The notes under the pieces are model-generated. The model did no database searches, had not been told where the DNA came from, and saw only the letters and a program-made list of their open reading frames with translations. From Pseudomonadota bacterium (GTDB lineage: Bacteria > Pseudomonadota > Alphaproteobacteria > 16-39-46), in assembly GCA_018242545.1 (NCBI GenBank), contig JAFEBT010000002.1, positions 4,973 to 68,972 on the forward strand: a stretch of 64,000 nt of DNA. The letters run 5' to 3'. Position numbers and translations under genes: made by a program. Positions 60,012-64,000 of this stretch are shown piece after piece; position 1 is the stretch's first letter, and the number at the start of each line of letters is the position of its first letter.

Positions 60012-60911
60012 ATGTTTAAAAATTTTTTTCGAATATTTTTACTTTTTGGGACAGTACTCTTAATAATATCTCCTGTGAAATCTCTTCATGCGGGTGGGTT
60101 TTGGCGACCATTCATGTGTATTATGTGTGAGGATGAAGATGTTACACCCCATGGACTTAAGCGTCGTCAGAACGTTATAGATGACGAAGACCAGAGGGGC
60201 CAAAAACCTTATTACATGGAGAGGCAGCTCACCGACTTTGAGAGATCTCGAATGAAGCTACCTACATTACATGCCTGTAATCTTGATCCTTCCAAGCTTT
60301 GTTGTGATTGTGCCCTATTTCCTTGCTTAAACAATGATTGGAGCGATTTTGTATGTGAAAGAGGAGATGCTGATGTTGTTCGTATCATGAATATAGAAAT
60401 GAAACGAAAAGATGTGCCGGCTTGGTGGAGAACGAACGTGGATTATAGAGCTGAAACTTTGAATACGTCGGCTGATCGTGAATGTGAAATGCCGTGCATA
60501 TTGGCGTGCTTGCCAATTGCTCTTCTGGAATGTGTGCTCTGTCCAGTGACATGTTATGCGACGTTTCGGTACGAAGCCCGACATCCCATTGCTGCTCCTT
60601 ATGCTCCTTCACTTCATACACCTCTCATCCCGAAGAGCTCGGAGCAGGACGAACCAAGTCTGGCAGGAGGCTCCTATAATGACGACCTTGATGATCGATT
60701 AAGAAGCCAACAGGCATTGAGCAAATGGGCTATGGAGAACGTCAAACACAGTCTGCTTGACCCCGCTGATCGTAATTACCGTGCTCAAATCCTAACAGAG
60801 AGTTCAATTACCTACAAGATGACACGCGCTCAAGCTCAAAAGCTGGTAAGTGACATACAGAACGGCCAAATCTATGGGTTACGTTGTCAACCAAAGGTAT
60901 GGAAGGAATAA
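60012..60911 (+). CDS. secreted cysteine-rich hypothetical protein (299 aa), GC-elevated
   Basis: Signal peptide MFKNFFRIFLLFGTVLLIISPVKSLHA. About 20 Cys in clusters (CIMCED, CCDCALFPC, CEMPCILACLPIALLECVLCPVTC). Local GC is visibly higher (about 45%) than in neighbouring genes (about 35%). Confidence 0.65.
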   Translation: MFKNFFRIFLLFGTVLLIISPVKSLHAGGFWRPFMCIMCEDEDVTPHGLKRRQNVIDDEDQRGQKPYYMERQLTDFERSRMKLPTLHACNLDPSKLCCDCALFPCLNNDWSDFVCERGDADVVRIMNIEMKRKDVPAWWRTNVDYRAETLNTSADRECEMPCILACLPIALLECVLCPVTCYATFRYEARHPIAAPYAPSLHTPLIPKSSEQDEPSLAGGSYNDDLDDRLRSQQALSKWAMENVKHSLLDPADRNYRAQILTESSITYKMTRAQAQKLVSDIQNGQIYGLRCQPKVWKE

Positions 60912-61146
60912 TCTTTAATGAAGCGAAAGAATAACATGAGATCATTCTGGCAAATACGATGGGATGCTGTAAAACTTTTTATAAATTGTATTTTAGCAAT
61001 AATTTTCCTGTGGTATGATCCTAAATGTCAAAAGATAGGGAGAGCTTGAAAATGCCTCTTACACCTCTTAGAGCGAAGAAGATTCTTAAGAAGAATATGA
61101 ATAGAGGAAGTAAGCTATAGGTTTTTGCATATAGCTTTATGAAATT

Positions 61147-62829
61147 TTAACGTCTTTTGAAATGCCTTAAATTTTCTTTAAACAGCTTTGGCGACTCTTC
61201 AAAAAGAGTTTTTCCAAGTGTTTCTGCAGATTTTAAAGTAATAGAATTTGGATAAAGCCGTGTCACATCATGCCCAATTCCAATTGCAAATAATTGAAAT
61301 TGAGGAAGGTGACTTAAACTTTTAATAACACTTTTAAGATGCTGTTCCAAATATCCTTGCGGATTATGCGCAAGTGTCATGTCATCAATACTTGCCCCAT
61401 CAGAAATCATAATGAGGATTTTTTTGCGTTCTTCAGTTCGAAAAAGTCTTTTGCTTGCCCATAAAAGGGCCTCGCCATCAATATTTTCTTTTAAAATACC
61501 TTCTTTCTGCATAACGCCTAGAGACGTGCGTCCACGCAGCCAAGGTGTTTCAAAAGATTTGTAGATAATATGACGTGTTTCATTAAGCCGGCCAGGATAA
61601 GGAGGTTTTCCTCTTTGAACCCATTCTTGAAAACTTTTGCCCCCTTGCCAAGAAACTGTTGTAAACCCCAAGATTTCTACGCGCACACCACATCTTTCAA
61701 GGGTTTGAGCTAAAAAAGAAGCACTCAAAGCAGCAAGCGTAATTGGACGTCCTCGCATGGACCCCGAATTATCAACAAGGACGGTTACAGCAGTCCCCAA
61801 AGAATCATCTAACTGTCTTGATTTATAGATATAAGGAAAAGTCGGATTAATTATTTTTTGAGAAAGCTTAGCGCCATTTAAGTATCCTTCTTCTTCCTCG
61901 AATTTCCAACATAGAGGACTCTGTGTCTTCAGAAATCTATAGAGCTTTTGAGCTAAAGGTGTAATTTTTTCTTTAAAAAGGTTTGCTTTTGTCTCAAGAT
62001 CATTAAAAAGAGCTTCCCTCTCTTTATGGGAAGCCAGGCGAGAAGCTTCTATGATTTCATCATACTTTTTTGTAAATATTTTATACCCTTCTTCCGATAT
62101 GCTTATTTCTTGAGCCATGGGAACTTCTTTAACACTTGTCTTTAGCGATTTATGTCTTTGAGAAGAATGAGAAACAAATCCGTCAGATTTTCTCTCCTTC
62201 ATCGAATTTGCTTCGAAAGCAGGAATTATCTTTTCCTGCTGAGAAGATCTCTCAAATGTAGATTTTTCGTGCTCTAAAGTTTGAAAAGGAGACTGTTGCA
62301 ATTCTTTTTTGGTCTTAAAATTAGGACGCGCTTTAAGAAGTTTTACGAGACACTCAAAAAAAAGAGCCTGATTTTTGATTGCATTTTTTAATTTCTTTAA
62401 CTGAGAGGTCTTTTGAAGAGAAAGAGAGGAGGGAAGGTTTTCAGCCCCTTCAAGAAAAGAAACAACATTAAAATAGAGATCTCTTAAGTACGTATCCTCA
62501 ATTTTTAAAAGTGACTCTCGAAATATCTTTAAAGAAATCCTCGTTCCCCGATAAAACTCACTACCCAATGCGTGATACCGAAAGCGCTCTAAGGCTTCTA
62601 TAAAAGCAATCTTCTCTGAAGATAATGCATATGTTTCAAGTCCCTCTCTCAGAAGGCAGGCATCGTGAAACCGGTGAGCAAAAGCGGCATCATTGAAAGC
62701 CCCAAGCATCAAGGTTGTATTTTCTTGCCTTAAAAGGTCTTTTGAAGGATGAAAGGTTATATCATGGGACAAAGCACGTGTTGCAGATAAAAGATGTCGC
62801 TGCGTTAAATCATTTTTCAGAATCAACAT
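61147..62829 (-). CDS. CobT-like protein with C-terminal von Willebrand factor A domain
   Basis: 560 aa with a charged low-complexity middle region and a C-terminal vWA MIDAS (VLVDNSGSMRGRPI), matching the architecture of alphaproteobacterial CobT-annotated proteins. Confidence 0.6.
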   Translation of the reverse strand: MLILKNDLTQRHLLSATRALSHDITFHPSKDLLRQENTTLMLGAFNDAAFAHRFHDACLLREGLETYALSSEKIAFIEALERFRYHALGSEFYRGTRISLKIFRESLLKIEDTYLRDLYFNVVSFLEGAENLPSSLSLQKTSQLKKLKNAIKNQALFFECLVKLLKARPNFKTKKELQQSPFQTLEHEKSTFERSSQQEKIIPAFEANSMKERKSDGFVSHSSQRHKSLKTSVKEVPMAQEISISEEGYKIFTKKYDEIIEASRLASHKEREALFNDLETKANLFKEKITPLAQKLYRFLKTQSPLCWKFEEEEGYLNGAKLSQKIINPTFPYIYKSRQLDDSLGTAVTVLVDNSGSMRGRPITLAALSASFLAQTLERCGVRVEILGFTTVSWQGGKSFQEWVQRGKPPYPGRLNETRHIIYKSFETPWLRGRTSLGVMQKEGILKENIDGEALLWASKRLFRTEERKKILIMISDGASIDDMTLAHNPQGYLEQHLKSVIKSLSHLPQFQLFAIGIGHDVTRLYPNSITLKSAETLGKTLFEESPKLFKENLRHFKRR

Positions 62830-64000
62830 AAGGATTTTCAGATGTTTTAAAATTTAATCGCAAAGGAACTCCTTCAAAATGAAAGGTCTCTCTTAAGCTA
62901 TTCAGGAGATATCTTTTATAAGATTCTGGCCAAACTTCTTCTTGTCTATTTGAGAAGGCTAAGAAAGTTGGAGGCCGCGTTTTTATCTGCGTAACATATC
63001 TAATTTTACAAGCACGTCCCTGCATAAGAGGTGGCGGATGTTGCGCAAGAACACCATCCAACCAACGGTTTAAATCCGCCGTTCCCAACCTTTTATTCCA
63101 AAGAGGATAAAGATCTAAAACCGCTTTCAAAACATCTTGGACTTGATGTTTTTTCAGGGCAGACATAGGAACACACACAAGTCCTCTTACCTGAGGAAGA
63201 ACATATTTTAGATTTTCTTGAATTTCTTTTAAATGCGCTTTTGGCTCTTTTACGAGATCCCATTTATTTAAGGCAACAACGAGGATACGTCCTTCTTCTA
63301 AAACATGACGCGCAATTGTAAGATCTTGTTTTTCAAGAGGAATCAATGCATCTAAAACAAGAATAACGCCTTGGGAGAGACGGATTGCTTCAAGCGTATC
63401 TTTCGTTGAAAGACGTTCAAGAGATTCAACAACACGTGCTTTTTTCCGAAGGCCTGCGGTATCAATTAAACGAAAATCTCGACCTTTATAGGAAAATGGA
63501 ACAGCGATAGCATCGCGGGTAAGACCAGCTTCTTCTCCGGTTAAAAGGCGATCCTCTGCCAAGAGCGCATTTATAAATGTTGATTTTCCAGCATTTGGCC
63601 TCCCAACAACAGCAAGATCAATCACCATTGTTTCATCTTCCTTTTTAAATCCTTTAACGGCACGTTCTTTTTTAGATACTTCTTCTCTTTCATAACCTTG
63701 CGAAGAAGAGTATTTCTTAAGCGCTTCATAAAGTTCTAAAAGTCCAAGCCCATGTTCTGCAGAAAGTAAAATTGGATCACCCAGACCTAAAGAAAAAAAA
63801 TCATATGCATTTAACCGCTCTTTTGAATTTTCACTTTTATTAGCAATAAGAAGAACAGGCTTATTTTGGGTGCGAATCCATCGTGCCATTTGCATATCAA
63901 CAGGCGTAAGTCCTTCTTTTACATCAACAACAAACAAAAGAACATTTGCATGATTTAAAGCTTTTACACTTTGCGACCACATGCGCGATGCAAGTGTTCC
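62810..64000 (-). CDS. der: ribosome-biogenesis GTPase Der (EngA), partial: N-terminus lies beyond the window end
   Basis: Second GTPase domain VVGRPNAGKSTFINALL...DTAGLRKK plus a KH-like C-terminus. The end of the first G-domain (NKSEN) is at the ORF start. The reading frame is open to 64000. Confidence 0.85.
   Translation of the reverse strand, partial: GTLASRMWSQSVKALNHANVLLFVVDVKEGLTPVDMQMARWIRTQNKPVLLIANKSENSKERLNAYDFFSLGLGDPILLSAEHGLGLLELYEALKKYSSSQGYEREEVSKKERAVKGFKKEDETMVIDLAVVGRPNAGKSTFINALLAEDRLLTGEEAGLTRDAIAVPFSYKGRDFRLIDTAGLRKKARVVESLERLSTKDTLEAIRLSQGVILVLDALIPLEKQDLTIARHVLEEGRILVVALNKWDLVKEPKAHLKEIQENLKYVLPQVRGLVCVPMSALKKHQVQDVLKAVLDLYPLWNKRLGTADLNRWLDGVLAQHPPPLMQGRACKIRYVTQIKTRPPTFLAFSNRQEEVWPESYKRYLLNSLRETFHFEGVPLRLNFKTSENPYVDSEK

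Noticed and set aside
60935-61048. 37-codon ORF (MRSFWQIRWDAVKLFINCILAIIFLWYDPKCQKIGRA) downstream of the Cys-rich gene
   Set aside because: It has a hydrophobic-peptide look but no start context or conservation evidence. It is too short to call from sequence alone.
1-64000. Search for rRNA, RNase P, tmRNA and CRISPR arrays
   Set aside because: No rRNA-like conserved blocks, no RNase P P4-type motifs and no regularly spaced direct repeats with unique spacers were seen. The only RNA gene supported is tRNA-Thr.

Overview
This 64 kb window reads as a low-GC chromosomal segment, consistent with an alphaproteobacterium with an intracellular or symbiotic lifestyle (inference from gene content; not verified). 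Housekeeping genes are interleaved with several accessory islands. Core genes recognised from their translated sequence are dcd, murA, map, fabD-fabG-acpP-fabF-mltG-gmk, secB, rpsI-rplM, rmuC, uvrD, prmA, pfk, a partial der, an argR/art arginine transport locus, and nucleoside, MFS and DMT transporters. Accessory content, in order along the window:
(1) At the 5' edge, an NRPS-accessory module: a partial HPPD/HmaS-family dioxygenase, an MbtH-like protein, an ABC exporter and an Sfp-type PPTase, ending at a tRNA-Thr(GGU).
(2) A helicase-related AlbA_2/HATPase_c_4 regulator-like gene bracketed by 11-bp-periodic CTCTGAAG repeats, next to a degraded toxin-antitoxin-like remnant.
(3) A type VI secretion sheath/tube/baseplate block (tssB, tssC, two tandem hcp, tssE, tssF, tssG). 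No membrane-complex, ClpV, VgrG or TssK genes lie within the window.
(4) Directly after tssG, a 702-aa protein whose Sec signal peptide is separated from the body by an in-frame TGA and whose C-terminus resembles HicA/YcfA.
(5) Two paralogous Sec-signal proteins that share a duplicated promoter, signal peptide and terminator and carry internal ~90-aa repeats. Further secreted unknowns follow.
(6) A DUF234 AAA+ ATPase flanked by ~70-bp direct repeats, wedged between a relE fragment and an intact yefM-relE pair.
(7) A parD antitoxin with a frameshifted parE beside a GC-elevated Cys-rich secreted protein.
No CRISPR array and no rRNA were found. The combination I find most novel is the T6SS block followed by the lineage-specific secreted-protein family and the interrupted signal-peptide/HicA-like protein.
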